The notes under the pieces: model-generated
Database searches by the model: none
What the model was told of the DNA's origin: nothing
What the model saw: only the letters and a program-made list of their open reading frames with translations
Made by a program: the position numbers and the translations under genes
In this document: positions 1 through 10,207 of the stretch, in pieces
How positions within the stretch are numbered: the first letter of the stretch is position 1
How the letters are laid out: every line of letters starts with the position of its first letter
Origin: Candidatus Latescibacterota bacterium
GTDB lineage: Bacteria; Latescibacterota; UBA2968; UBA8231
NCBI GenBank assembly: GCA_965215195.1
Contig: CBDCDC010000002.1
Location: 1,184,001 to 1,248,000, forward strand
Length of the DNA: 64,000 nt
Direction: 5' to 3'

Positions 1-869
1 TCCTTGACCCCGGGAGCTAGCGCCTGCAATCGCCGCATCGCCTTCGGGTTCAGCTTCAGCGCATAGTGCTGGCGCAACTCGTTGACATAGGCCTCCATGT
101 CCCGCCCCCGCTTCACCTCGCGCAACCGGCGCTCCAACCAATCGCGGTCCGCGGCAAAACCCGTCTTGCGCCGCTCTTCGAGCTTGAAGACGTGGAAACC
201 CGAACTAGTCTCGACTGGTTGCGGATAGACCTCGCCCGGCTTCATGCTTTTGAATGGTTCGATCAGCGGAGGCAGCAAGCCACCGGTTTTAACCCAACCG
301 ACCCGACCGGCTCGCGCAAAACGTTTTTGAATGTGCGGCACCGAGTACAGCGGAAAAAGTTCGGCAAAGGTCTCTCCTTGGCCGAGTCGATCCAACACTT
401 CCCACGCCTCTTCCTCGGTAGCGCAAACGATGTGCTGGCTATAGACCTCCGTGTCGAACTCCCGGTCGACGAAAAACACCTGTAACTCTTCTTCGGTTGA
501 CGAATAATCACCCGTCAGTGCCGCGACCTCATAAAGCTTGCTCCGCAACGCCTGCTCTTCGACGCGCCGCACCTCCTCGGCGACCACCGTATCGCGGTCT
601 AGCCCGCGCCGAATCCCTTCTTGCGCGAGCAATTCGTGGGCGATGATGCCGTCGAGAAAAACCTTTTTGGCCTGGGGGTCTTCAATGTCGATGTGGCGAA
701 AACCCGTTTTCATCATGTTCTGCGCGCGCTGCTGAAACTCCGCAACCGAAATTTTCTCATCGCCCACGCGTACGACGTAGTCGGTTTGGGCAGTAGCCAC
801 GCCGCAGCAGGCCCACAACGCGCAAGCGATGCCGGCAATGGATTTATTGGTAAGGTCAGTGAAGCGCAA
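1..869 (-). CDS. Parvulin/PrsA-SurA-type peptidyl-prolyl isomerase, secreted; 3' end runs off the window
   Basis: Not in the ORF track because it has no stop in the window. Manual translation from TTG at 869 (AGGAGA RBS upstream): MRFTDLTNKSIAGIACALWACCGVATAQ...SQHIVCATEEEAWEVLDRLGQGETFAEL...GRVGWV...PVETSSGFHVFKL, a rotamase-like pattern. Confidence 0.8.
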   Translation of the reverse strand, partial: MRFTDLTNKSIAGIACALWACCGVATAQTDYVVRVGDEKISVAEFQQRAQNMMKTGFRHIDIEDPQAKKVFLDGIIAHELLAQEGIRRGLDRDTVVAEEVRRVEEQALRSKLYEVAALTGDYSSTEEELQVFFVDREFDTEVYSQHIVCATEEEAWEVLDRLGQGETFAELFPLYSVPHIQKRFARAGRVGWVKTGGLLPPLIEPFKSMKPGEVYPQPVETSSGFHVFKLEERRKTGFAADRDWLERRLREVKRGRDMEAYVNELRQHYALKLNPKAMRRLQALAPGVK

Positions 870-905
870 TTAGATACTCTCCTTTTGTTGATTACCACCG
901 TGTAC

Positions 906-2564
906 TCATGGGTCGGCCCCCTCCACCACGACAATTTCCCGGTCGGCAGCCAGTCCCACTAGCGTCTGCACCGCGCCGCTGGGCCAAAAGACCTGCAGGG
1001 TATCGATTGTCGCATACTGGCCCAACCCGATGGTCAATCGCACGTCGTTGCTGCCCATATAACCATAACCAGCGCGGACCTCCCGCACTTGGACCAAGTC
1101 GCCAGCCACCGCCCGCACCCTAGCACCGATGCCCTCCCGGTTGCTCTGGCGGCCCTCGGTGCGGACCCTGAGATAGTGGTTGGCGTTGCCGCCGTCGTTG
1201 CGCAGCAGGGTGCAATGGGGTGTGTCGGAGTCGGAAATAAAAAAATCAACATCGCCGTCGTTGTCGTAATCGCCGAAGACCGCTCCGTGACTTACCCTTT
1301 TGACGTGCATCCCCGGCCCGCTCTGGTCGCTGACCTCGATAAAGGAGCCGTCGCCGCGGTTGCGGAACAACTGGTTTTGCTGCGGATAGGTGGTGGAGGG
1401 GTCGTATTCGGCGACATTCTCATCGAGATGGCCGTTAGCAACGAAGACATCTAGGAAACCGTCGTTGTCGTAGTCGACGAAGGCAGCGGTCATACCAAGA
1501 TACGGCACACTCGCCACGCCCACTCCGGCGGCGAACGTCAAGTCGGTGAAGAAGCCGTCGCCATCGTTGTGGTAGAGGGTATTGGCCAGCCATTGGTAGG
1601 TAGCGACGATGATGTCGAGCCGCCCGTCGTTGTCGTAGTCGCCCAGATCGGCCCCCATCGCCGATTCGGCTAAGCCTTCTTCGTTGTAGGCGACCCCTGC
1701 CACTGCACCGTTTTCTGCGAAGGTCCCGTCGCCGTTGTTGACAAAGAGGAAATTGGGCTTCTTGTCGTTGGCGACGAAGAGGTCGGGGTCGCCATCGCCA
1801 TCTATATCGCCGAAGACGGCCGCCAACTGGCGACCGGAATCGTCGCGCAGACCGGCTGCGGCCGTCACATCGGCAAACGACCTCCCGTCGTCGTTGCGAT
1901 AGAGGACGCCCGTTTGCCCCGGATAGGTCGTTGGCCCGCAATACGACCGCACCTTGCCAGCGAAACACTCCACATTCTGCACTGGGTCAAAATCCATATA
2001 GTTGGCAACGTAGAGGTCGAGATCGCCATCGCCATCGTAGTCGGCAAAAGCCGCGTGCGTACCCCAACCCAGGTCTGCTGTACCAAGTTCGGACGCGATA
2101 TCGGCAAAAACCGCGTACCCGTCGTTTTCGTAGAGCCGGTTGGGCCCATAATTGGTGACATAGAGGTCGGGGTCGCCGTCGCTGTCGATATCGCCAACGG
2201 CTGCCCCCATGCCAAAGCCCTCATCCCCGGTCCTCGATTCTAAGGTGGCATTGACGAACGCGCCGTCAGCCCGATTGCGATAATAGGCATTGGAGCCGGT
2301 TGGTCCCGCATAGCCGGGCAGAGCCGCGCCATTGACGATGTACAAGTCGAGGAATCCGTCGCCGTCGCCATCGAAGAACGCCGCCCCAGACCCCACCGCC
2401 TCCGGCATGTATTTGGCCCCGCTGGCACCATTGATATAGCGGAAGTCGATGCCGGCCTCCACAGTAACCTCGACGAAACGAGGTGCGGCAGCACCCACCG
2501 CCCCGCCACTGACCGCCGACAGCCAAAGCACCCACCATTGACCGCGCAGCCACGACGACCTCAC
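906..2564 (-). CDS. CRTAC1/ASPIC-UnbV family FG-GAP repeat protein
   Basis: Signal peptide; repeated DxDxDGDxDL motifs; C-terminal SNREGIGARV...GYMGSND...GLG...VFWPSG UnbV-type domain. Confidence 0.9.
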   Translation of the reverse strand: MRSSWLRGQWWVLWLSAVSGGAVGAAAPRFVEVTVEAGIDFRYINGASGAKYMPEAVGSGAAFFDGDGDGFLDLYIVNGAALPGYAGPTGSNAYYRNRADGAFVNATLESRTGDEGFGMGAAVGDIDSDGDPDLYVTNYGPNRLYENDGYAVFADIASELGTADLGWGTHAAFADYDGDGDLDLYVANYMDFDPVQNVECFAGKVRSYCGPTTYPGQTGVLYRNDDGRSFADVTAAAGLRDDSGRQLAAVFGDIDGDGDPDLFVANDKKPNFLFVNNGDGTFAENGAVAGVAYNEEGLAESAMGADLGDYDNDGRLDIIVATYQWLANTLYHNDGDGFFTDLTFAAGVGVASVPYLGMTAAFVDYDNDGFLDVFVANGHLDENVAEYDPSTTYPQQNQLFRNRGDGSFIEVSDQSGPGMHVKRVSHGAVFGDYDNDGDVDFFISDSDTPHCTLLRNDGGNANHYLRVRTEGRQSNREGIGARVRAVAGDLVQVREVRAGYGYMGSNDVRLTIGLGQYATIDTLQVFWPSGAVQTLVGLAADREIVVVEGADP

Positions 2565-3787
2565 GGAGCCGCCTGCTGTCGGGCAGTGGCGAGGATCCGC
2601 CGTGCCAACGCGGCGTTGCGCTTGAGCCGCGGATCATCCGGGGCAAACCGCAAACCTTCGAGATAGCTTGCCAGTGCCAGCGGCACTTGCCGGAGCCGCA
2701 TCTGCACGTTGCCCAGCGCCAAATAGGACAACACATAGGTAGAATCCGCCTGTAGGGCACGGCGAAATAGGTCGAGCGCCGCTTCGAACCGCCCTTGCCG
2801 CAACTGGATATTACCTAGATTGTGGTACGAGGGTGCAAACGAGCTATCCCGGGAGATCGCCTGCATGTAGTGGATTTGGGCTTGGTCGTACTGGCCTCGG
2901 CGCGAGTAGATCATGCCCAGATCGTGATACACTGACGCTTGGTCGGGCGTTGTCAGCAGCGTATTCTTCAACGAGGAGATACCCCGCTCTTGCTCTTCGA
3001 GACGCTGGTAGAGGTCCAACTGGTGCTGTCCTTCTTCGCGCTGACCGGTGCGCAACAGGGCATTTCCCAAGTTGAAGCGGGCCAGCGCATAGAGCGAATC
3101 CAACCGCACCGCTTGCGTCAGTTCGCCGACAGCGGCAGCGTAATCGCGGCGGCGATAATAGCTGGCGGCTAGCCCATTGCGGTATTTGGCCACCGTTGAG
3201 TCGGCGGTGATGGCCTGGCGATACGCCCGCTCGGCAGCGGCGTAGTCGTTCAGTTTGCGCTGGACTTCACCGAGATGGTACCAGGCCTCGCCGTAGTCGC
3301 CTTTGGCGGCGATAGCGCGGCGATAGGCGAGTTGCGCTGCGCCGTAGCGTCCCTTGCTAAAGTGGATCTGTCCCAGCGATAGATGTGCCCACGCGTAATC
3401 AGGGCTGAGTTCAATTGCCTTTTCGAGTGTCGCTACCGCTTCGTCGTGGCGGTCGAGACGAGTCAGCAAAATCGCCAGCTCGGTGCGTGCTTTGGCATAA
3501 TTAGTCCGCAAAGCGATCGCCTCTTGATAGGCGGCGACCGCCTCGGCCAATTGTTGGTCCTTGGCATAGGCAGCGGCTAGTTTGCGGTGGCGGTCCGCCG
3601 ATCCGGGCTGACCCTGCACAGCCTGTTCGAAGGCCTGCACCGCCAGTCGGTAGTTCCCCTCTGCCATGTAGCGATCCCCCAGCACCTCGCTGGCATAGTC
3701 GGCATCGGCCACAGCGAGCGTGGCCCCCAGCATCACGGCCCATGCACCGCAGCATCCCAAGCAGGTCATGTCACTCCAAGCAGGCAT
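2561..3787 (-). CDS. Tetratricopeptide repeat protein, exported
   Basis: About 10 TPR-like 34-aa units; N-terminal hydrophobic signal; 4-bp overlap with the UnbV gene. Confidence 0.88.
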   Translation of the reverse strand: MPAWSDMTCLGCCGAWAVMLGATLAVADADYASEVLGDRYMAEGNYRLAVQAFEQAVQGQPGSADRHRKLAAAYAKDQQLAEAVAAYQEAIALRTNYAKARTELAILLTRLDRHDEAVATLEKAIELSPDYAWAHLSLGQIHFSKGRYGAAQLAYRRAIAAKGDYGEAWYHLGEVQRKLNDYAAAERAYRQAITADSTVAKYRNGLAASYYRRRDYAAAVGELTQAVRLDSLYALARFNLGNALLRTGQREEGQHQLDLYQRLEEQERGISSLKNTLLTTPDQASVYHDLGMIYSRRGQYDQAQIHYMQAISRDSSFAPSYHNLGNIQLRQGRFEAALDLFRRALQADSTYVLSYLALGNVQMRLRQVPLALASYLEGLRFAPDDPRLKRNAALARRILATARQQAAP

Positions 3788-3857
3788 GATCTAATAGTCG
3801 CTAAGACCCACCTTTTTCACAACGTACCGCTATCGCCATTTTCGGCACATTATAGCT

Positions 3858-4802
3858 TCAATACCCTTTGCGCTTATCTATCACACTCACCAACGCCTCC
3901 CCGGCCAAGTAGCGCCGCAAGTTCTCGCAAAACAACGCCACGCACCGACGGTCGCGGTTGGGCGACCCCCCGGCCGTATGCGGCGTGAGCAGCGCGTTGT
4001 CCATCCGCCACAGCGGGTGATCCTCGGGCAGGGGCTCCTGCGGCACTACGTCCAATCCCGCCCCGCCGATCTGCCCCTCGGCAAGCGCCGCCAGCAAGGC
4101 CTGCTCATCGACGATCCGCCCTCGCGTGATATTGATCAACAGCGCGTGATTCCGCATCCGCGCAAACGCCTCTTGGTCGAACAGCCCGGCACTCTCGGCA
4201 GTCAGGGGTGCGCAAATCGCCACCACGTCGGATTGTTCCAACAGCGCGTGGAACTGATCCATCCCCCAGCAGGCTTCCACTGCTTCCGGCACTTCGACCT
4301 CTTCTGGATCCACTGCGATAATTCGCATTCCGAATGCGCTCGCGCGTTTTGCCAGCTCCCTCCCAGTCCCCCCCAATCCCACAATGCCCATCGTCTGCTC
4401 AACCAGTTCCCACGACGCAGCGCGAATCGGCCAGCGCTGCTCCCAGCGCGGCTTGCGCACGGCCGTGTGGAGCCCCCGCGTCAGCCCGAGCAGCAGCGCC
4501 ATCGCATGTTCGGCCAGATGCACCCCCACCCACCCCTTGGCGCTGCACAACACCACATCGCTGTCGACCAGTTCGGGGTGCAGCAACCCATCTACCCCCG
4601 CCCCCCAACTCTGCATCCACTTGAGCTTTTGCCGCCGGGCGAACATCTCCCGGCTTATATGCCCGCAGACGACCTCAATCTCCGGCATGACCGCCAAGGC
4701 CGCCGCATCCGAATCCACGCACACCACTTCCACTTCCTCGGACACCTGCCGAATTTTCTCTAGCAACTCCGCTGCTAAATCCATCCTCATCAAGACTTTC
4801 AT
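3858..4802 (-). CDS. D-2-hydroxyacid dehydrogenase
   Basis: GAGVD, GLGGTG Rossmann motif, INITRG, LDV..EPL, TPHTAG. Confidence 0.92.
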   Translation of the reverse strand: MKVLMRMDLAAELLEKIRQVSEEVEVVCVDSDAAALAVMPEIEVVCGHISREMFARRQKLKWMQSWGAGVDGLLHPELVDSDVVLCSAKGWVGVHLAEHAMALLLGLTRGLHTAVRKPRWEQRWPIRAASWELVEQTMGIVGLGGTGRELAKRASAFGMRIIAVDPEEVEVPEAVEACWGMDQFHALLEQSDVVAICAPLTAESAGLFDQEAFARMRNHALLINITRGRIVDEQALLAALAEGQIGGAGLDVVPQEPLPEDHPLWRMDNALLTPHTAGGSPNRDRRCVALFCENLRRYLAGEALVSVIDKRKGY

Positions 4803-4902
4803 ATGCTCTCCTTCCCCTGCGATTGTCCGTCCGCGGCCATAGGCCCTATTATTTGGCTCGTGTTACGCAGTTTTGCCCTCGCTTGGTCTAGGTCTGGTCG
4901 GC

Positions 4903-5058
4903 CCTGCCTCCAGATTGCCCCTCGGCGGTTCGGCGAAGCGGCTCAACGGAAGGCCCCACAGTCCGCCGCTAGATGCCCGCCCCGTGAAACAGGTGGCGCG
5001 GGAAGCCGCAGACCATACACAAGAGCCTGCCGCTCGGAGCGAAGCCTGCAGAGGCAGG
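4903..5058. ncRNA. Candidate rod-like structured RNA (6S-like) or palindromic element
   Basis: Nested complementary segments found by eye: cctgcctc/gaggcagg, ggctc/gagcc, gtccgccgct~agccgcagac, cccgc/gcggg, with an unpaired central bubble. Confidence 0.3.
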
Positions 5059-5097
5059 ATTTGATTTTCCCAATCTCACCAACTACGGAAGCAGGTC

Positions 5098-6612
5098 ATG
5101 CAAAACCACATCGTCAAGACCCATCCAGACGGTACTGTCCTCCCGCGCGAAGAGCAATTGGCTTGGAAACTGGCCCAGCTCGCCGCCCACAACCAAGCGT
5201 TCGACGCGGATGTCGCCGAGATGATCGGCAACCGCGTCATCGACAACGCCGCAGTCGCCCTCGCCGCGATCAACCGCCCGCCAGTGCGCAACGCCCGTCT
5301 CCTCGCCTTGGGCTACCCCCACCCCCGCAACAGCGGTGCCGGCCTCTTCGGCGTGGCCAACGACCGCAGCTTCCACTGCGAGTGGGCCGCCCTCGCCAAC
5401 GGGGTTGCCGTGCGCGAGCTCGACATGCACGACACCTACCTCGCGGCCGATTACTCGCATCCCGGCGACACCATCCCCGGCCTGCTCGCCGCCGCCCAGC
5501 AAGTGGGTGCTGACGGCCGCGCCCTGACTTTGGGCATACTCACGGCCTACGAGGTGCAAATGGCGCTGGTGACGGGCATTTGCTTGCACGAGCACAAGAT
5601 CGACCACGTCGCCCACCTCGCCCCGGCCGTGGCGGCCGGGCTGGGAACCTTGCTCCAGATGCCGGCCGCGCAAATCTACCAAGCCATCAACCAGAGCTTG
5701 CACCTAGCCTGCGCCACCCGCCAGTCGCGCAAAGGGGACATCACCTCGTGGAAGGCCTACGCGCCAGCCCAAGCCAACAAAATCGCCATCGAAGCTGTGG
5801 GCCGGGCGCGCCTCGGCGAGCGGGCCCCTTCGCCCATCTACGAGGGCCGCGACGCAGTCATCGCGTACATGCTGTCCGGGCCGGACGCCGAATACCGCGT
5901 TCCCCTGCCCGATCCCGGCGAAAGGATGCGCGCCATCCTCCGCTCCTACACCAAGGAGCACTCGGCCGAATACCAAGCTCAAGCCCTGATCGACCTCGGC
6001 TTCCGCCTACGCGCTCGCCATATAGATCTAGACCAAGTGGAAGACGTAGTAATCCGCACCAGCCACCACACGCACTACGTCATCGGCACCGGGGCCAACG
6101 ACCCGCAGAAAATGGATCCAGACGCCTCGCGCGAGACCCTCGACCACAGCGCCATGTACATCCTCGCCGGCGCTTGGGAGGACGGCGCTTGGCACCACGT
6201 GCGCTCATACACTTCAGAACGCGCCCACCGCCCTGCGACCGTTGCGCTGTGGCACAAGATCCGCACCGAAGAAGTCGCCGAGTGGACCCAAGCCTATCAC
6301 CATCCAGACCCGGACCACAAGAAGTTCGGTGCCGAAGTAGTGGTCCGCCTCGCCGACGGCACTCAGATCGCCGAGCGCCTCGACAACCCCAACGCCCACT
6401 ACCTCGGCGACCGGCCCTTTGCGCGGCCAGACTACATCGACAAGCTAGCCGTATTGACCGAGGGACTCGTAGCACCGGCCGAGGTTGAGCGTTTTCTAAG
6501 GCTAGTGGATCGGCTGCCGGATCTGACGCCCGAGGAAGTGGACCAGCTCAATCTCGCGGCAGCCGAGGGCATGTTGGAAGACGCCAAGAGCGAGCGCGTG
6601 GGCATTTTGTAG
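5098..6612 (+). CDS. prpD: 2-methylcitrate dehydratase, MmgE/PrpD family
   Basis: [56 protein letters not shown] motifs. Confidence 0.88.
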   Translation: MQNHIVKTHPDGTVLPREEQLAWKLAQLAAHNQAFDADVAEMIGNRVIDNAAVALAAINRPPVRNARLLALGYPHPRNSGAGLFGVANDRSFHCEWAALANGVAVRELDMHDTYLAADYSHPGDTIPGLLAAAQQVGADGRALTLGILTAYEVQMALVTGICLHEHKIDHVAHLAPAVAAGLGTLLQMPAAQIYQAINQSLHLACATRQSRKGDITSWKAYAPAQANKIAIEAVGRARLGERAPSPIYEGRDAVIAYMLSGPDAEYRVPLPDPGERMRAILRSYTKEHSAEYQAQALIDLGFRLRARHIDLDQVEDVVIRTSHHTHYVIGTGANDPQKMDPDASRETLDHSAMYILAGAWEDGAWHHVRSYTSERAHRPATVALWHKIRTEEVAEWTQAYHHPDPDHKKFGAEVVVRLADGTQIAERLDNPNAHYLGDRPFARPDYIDKLAVLTEGLVAPAEVERFLRLVDRLPDLTPEEVDQLNLAAAEGMLEDAKSERVGIL

Positions 6613-6616
6613 CCCA

Positions 6617-7912
6617 TCAAGCCCGGATCAGGTCTTCGCCTTCTGTGCGCGCCACCAGCGCCGTGACCACCAGATCGCTGGTTACATTGACGGCCGTGCG
6701 GCACATGTCGAGCAGGCGATCGACAGCCAAGACAATGGCGATGGCTTCCACTGGCAGGCCGACCGCCGGCAGGATCAGCGCAATCGCGACCAAGCTGGCA
6801 GCGGGGATGCCGGCCACGCCGATCGACGTGAGCAAGGCGAGCAATACGACGATCATCTGCTCGGCAATGCCAAAATCCACGCCAGACGCGAACGCGTACA
6901 CTTGGGCGATGAACACCACCACGACGCACTCGTAGAGTGCCGTGCCGTCCATGTTCACCGTCGCCCCCAACGGCAGGACAAAGCTGGTCACGCGGTTGGA
7001 GATGCCGGCCTGTTCGGCGCAGTTAATGGTCACCGGTAAAGTTGCCGAAGACGACGCAGTCGAAAACGCGGTTAATTGCGCCGGCGCGATCTTGGCGTAA
7101 TAGGCGTATGGGCTGATGCCGGCAACCAAGCGCAGCAGCAGCGGCAACCAGACGGCAAAATGCACGGCCAGCGCCAGCAATGCGGTCAGGAAGAACAGGC
7201 CCAACGCTTCAAGCGCGGCAAAACCGGAGACGAGCAAGGTCTTGCCCACCAGCGCAAACGCGCCGATGGGAGCAAACCGCATGATCCACATGGTGATCAG
7301 GATCATGACGTCGTGTAGGCCGACCCAGAACTGTTGTAGGGTGTCGCCGGCCGGCCCGTTCAGTCGCGACAGGAAATACCCGAACACGACCCCGGCGAAT
7401 ACCAGCGCCAGCAGTTGAACCTCTAGCGCTGCCGCGAAGATATTGGACGGTATCGCGCGCTTGAGGACCTCGACCAGATCGCGCAGGCCGCGCCCTTCTA
7501 CCTCGTCCATGACTTGCGACGGGTCTGGCAGCACGCTGCCCAAGGCCCGCGCCGATTCAGTCTCGCCGGGTGCTATGAGATTCACGCAAACGAGGCCGGT
7601 GAAAACCGACAGGAATCCGGTAGCCACGTAAAAGGCCACCGTCTTCCCACCGATGCGGCCAAAGGCGTTCTGGCTCGCCATGTTGCGGACCCCAACAATG
7701 ATCGACGACAGGATGAGCGGCACCACGATCATCTTCAGCGCATTGAGGAACAAGCTGCCGCAGAAATCGAGAATTTCCACCAGCGACGCGCCAAACAGCG
7801 TCGCATGCTCGTCGCCTAGCCAGCCTACGAATGCAGCGAGGGCGAGGGCAATGCCGATCTGCCAGTGCAATGGAATGCCGATAAACCGCGAAAGTGCGCT
7901 GCGCTGGCTCAT
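6617..7912 (-). CDS. Dicarboxylate/amino acid:cation symporter (DAACS, GltP-like)
   Basis: [12 protein letters not shown] and [11 protein letters not shown] signatures, DMCRTAVNV. Confidence 0.93.
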   Translation of the reverse strand: MSQRSALSRFIGIPLHWQIGIALALAAFVGWLGDEHATLFGASLVEILDFCGSLFLNALKMIVVPLILSSIIVGVRNMASQNAFGRIGGKTVAFYVATGFLSVFTGLVCVNLIAPGETESARALGSVLPDPSQVMDEVEGRGLRDLVEVLKRAIPSNIFAAALEVQLLALVFAGVVFGYFLSRLNGPAGDTLQQFWVGLHDVMILITMWIMRFAPIGAFALVGKTLLVSGFAALEALGLFFLTALLALAVHFAVWLPLLLRLVAGISPYAYYAKIAPAQLTAFSTASSSATLPVTINCAEQAGISNRVTSFVLPLGATVNMDGTALYECVVVVFIAQVYAFASGVDFGIAEQMIVVLLALLTSIGVAGIPAASLVAIALILPAVGLPVEAIAIVLAVDRLLDMCRTAVNVTSDLVVTALVARTEGEDLIRA

Positions 7913-7948
7913 CCTTATTCTCCTCTGTCAATGTTGTTAATTTCTATT

Positions 7949-8282
7949 ATGGCTTGGGAAATCGTTTATTACAACGAGACCGTCCAACGTACCCTGAATG
8001 CTTGGCCCGTCGGCATCCGAGCCGTTTATGCCCGGATCACAGAGCGAATCTCGATTTTTGGGCCAAACTTGGGAATGCCTTTTACACGAGCATTGGGGAA
8101 TGGTTTATTCGAAAATTAGGGCAAAAGGCAGAGAAGGAATAGGACGTGCGTTTTTCTGTACAGTTGTGGGTCAAAAGGTAGTTGTACTCCATGTCTATAT
8201 CAAAAAGTCTGAGAAAACGCCTCTAAAAGAATTGGAGCTTGCACGCAAACGTCAGGAGGAGTTTAAGCATGAAAACGCATAG
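7949..8282 (+). pseudogene. RelE/HigB-like toxin with a +1 frameshift
   Basis: MAWEIVYYN...LGMPFTRALGNGLFE, then an extra A (ttc gaa aat tag) near 8112-8115. The other frame continues IRAKGREGIGRAFF...LHVYIKKSEKTPLKELELARKR. Confidence 0.82.
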
Positions 8283-8559
8283 AGAATTGCTTGACGAATG
8301 GATGAAAGAGCCAGAATTCGTCGCTGAATACGACGCGCTTGCAGATGAATTCGCCCTCTTTGATGAAATGCTCAAAGCCAGAAAGAATGCGGGTTTAACC
8401 CAGGCCGATGTTGCCAAAAAGATGGGCACCCAAACGCCGGCAGTCGCACGCCTTGAAGCATCAGGGCGACATAAAAAGCACTCCCCTTCTCTTGCCACGC
8501 TGCAAAAATACGCAGAAGCTGTTGGCTGCCGCTTGGACATCCGACTGATACCGCGCTAG
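8269..8559 (+). CDS. HigA-type XRE helix-turn-helix antitoxin
   Basis: ARKNAGLTQADVAKKMGTQTPAVARLE...PSLATLQKYA; overlaps the toxin 3' end; AGGAGG upstream. Confidence 0.88.
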   Translation: MKTHRELLDEWMKEPEFVAEYDALADEFALFDEMLKARKNAGLTQADVAKKMGTQTPAVARLEASGRHKKHSPSLATLQKYAEAVGCRLDIRLIPR

Positions 8560-8590
8560 CCAAGACTCACTCCCTGCCGAGGACGCCACC

Positions 8591-9697
8591 ATGATCTACG
8601 ACGGACACGCCTATTGCTTCCCGCCGCCGGGGCGCAACGGGGGCTTTGCCGACCCCGCCGAGTTCTGGCAGCACCTGCAGCTATTCATGGCCCAAGCCCG
8701 GCAGCAGCCCTGCTGGCGGCGCACCGATCGCGCCCCGGCCGACGCCACCGGCCTCTACGACCCCGCTCGCCCCTGGCGCTTCGATGGCCTGCGAGACGCC
8801 GCCTTCCGCACCGCGGATCACGGCCTCGTCGAGTGGACGACGGAGAGAGAGGACTATGTGAAGCAGGCCCTGCCGCCGTGGACGTTAGACTTCGCCTTCC
8901 CCGCCGACAGCCTAGTGGCGGAGATGGACTACGCCGGCATCGATCGGGCGCTCCTACACCGCACCCCGTACATGGGTCTCGACGACAGCTACATCGCCGA
9001 CTGCTGCCAGCGCCACCCGGGGCGGATCCAGGGCCTAGCCTACGTGCCCGAATGGTGGTTCCCCAGCAGGACGGACGCCGCCATCGGCAAGCTACAACGG
9101 GCGATCTGCGACCACGGCCTAGCGGGCCTGCAGTTCGCGCCCTTTCACCGGGGCCTTTACGACCTCTCCCCCGAGTGGACCGGGCCCGACTTCGACCCTT
9201 TGTGGGCGACCGTGGCCGCGCTGGAGATCCCCGTATTTTTCACCCTTGGCGCAGTCGGATCGCCCGCCGCCTACCTCGACGAGTTGTGCGCACTGCGCGC
9301 TTGGATGGACCGCTTCCCGGACGTCGATGTGGTAATGACCCACGGCTTCCCTTGGCGGATGTTCGCCGACGGCGACCGGCTCCACGTGCCCGACGAGGTT
9401 TACGAGGCAGCGCCCATCGGCCACCCGCGCTTCCACATCCAGATCCTCTTCGCCGTGTTCCTCCAGTCGCGTTGGGACTACCCCATGCCACAGATGCGGC
9501 CCGTCCTAGAAAAAAGGGTCGAACGCATCGGTGCCGATCGCATCCTCTGGGGGACGGACATCCCCATCGTGCTGCTGCACTGGACCTACCGCCAGAGCCT
9601 CGACTACGTGCGGCGCTACTGCCCGTTCCTCGGCGAATCCGCAATGGCGGCGATCCTCGGCGGCAACATGGAACGGCTCTTGGATCCGGGGCGGTAG
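8591..9697 (+). CDS. Amidohydrolase family (amidohydro_2-like)
   Basis: N-terminal DGHAY, EMDYAGIDRA, C-terminal RILWGTD...ILGGN. Confidence 0.85.
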   Translation: MIYDGHAYCFPPPGRNGGFADPAEFWQHLQLFMAQARQQPCWRRTDRAPADATGLYDPARPWRFDGLRDAAFRTADHGLVEWTTEREDYVKQALPPWTLDFAFPADSLVAEMDYAGIDRALLHRTPYMGLDDSYIADCCQRHPGRIQGLAYVPEWWFPSRTDAAIGKLQRAICDHGLAGLQFAPFHRGLYDLSPEWTGPDFDPLWATVAALEIPVFFTLGAVGSPAAYLDELCALRAWMDRFPDVDVVMTHGFPWRMFADGDRLHVPDEVYEAAPIGHPRFHIQILFAVFLQSRWDYPMPQMRPVLEKRVERIGADRILWGTDIPIVLLHWTYRQSLDYVRRYCPFLGESAMAAILGGNMERLLDPGR

Positions 9698-9717
9698 CCT
9701 ACCCCAGCTAGTCGCTG

Positions 9718-10173
9718 ATGAGATGCCAACGCCGAGGCCGCAAGCTGTACTTCGTCGATGGGGCGGTTCGCAATGCCGCCCTGCAACGCGGCCTCGCCCC
9801 GCTCGACGATCCCGGGGAGATGGGCACTCTCAGCGAAAACCTCGTAGCGGCGTCGCTCCACACCTTGAGCGTTCACGCCGGCCTTCGGCTCCACCACTGG
9901 CGCGACGGCACCCGCGAGGTGGACCTAATTTTGGGGGATCCGCGCCAACCGCTGGCCTTTGAGATCGGCACTTCGATCCATCATTCTCGTGCGGGTCTCT
10001 TCGCCTTGATGGAAAGGCACGAGCACTTCCGCGGACACAGCTATCTCGTCTCACCACAAGCTGTGGTCCGCCACCCCGATGCCACCGGAATGGGGACCCT
10101 CCCGCTCGACACCTTCCTGCTCGCCATTGGCGCTCAAGCGCACCAAGCCCTCGCCGACCGACTGCGGGGCTGA
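9718..10173 (+). pseudogene. C-terminal DUF4143-like fragment of an AAA ATPase/nuclease
   Basis: RKLYFVDG...ENLV...HHWRDGTREVDLI..LAFEI; no N-terminal ATPase; only ~20 bp after the previous stop. Confidence 0.65.
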
Positions 10174-10207
10174 GAAGCCAGAGCAATACCCGATGAGTAC
10201 TCCAAGA

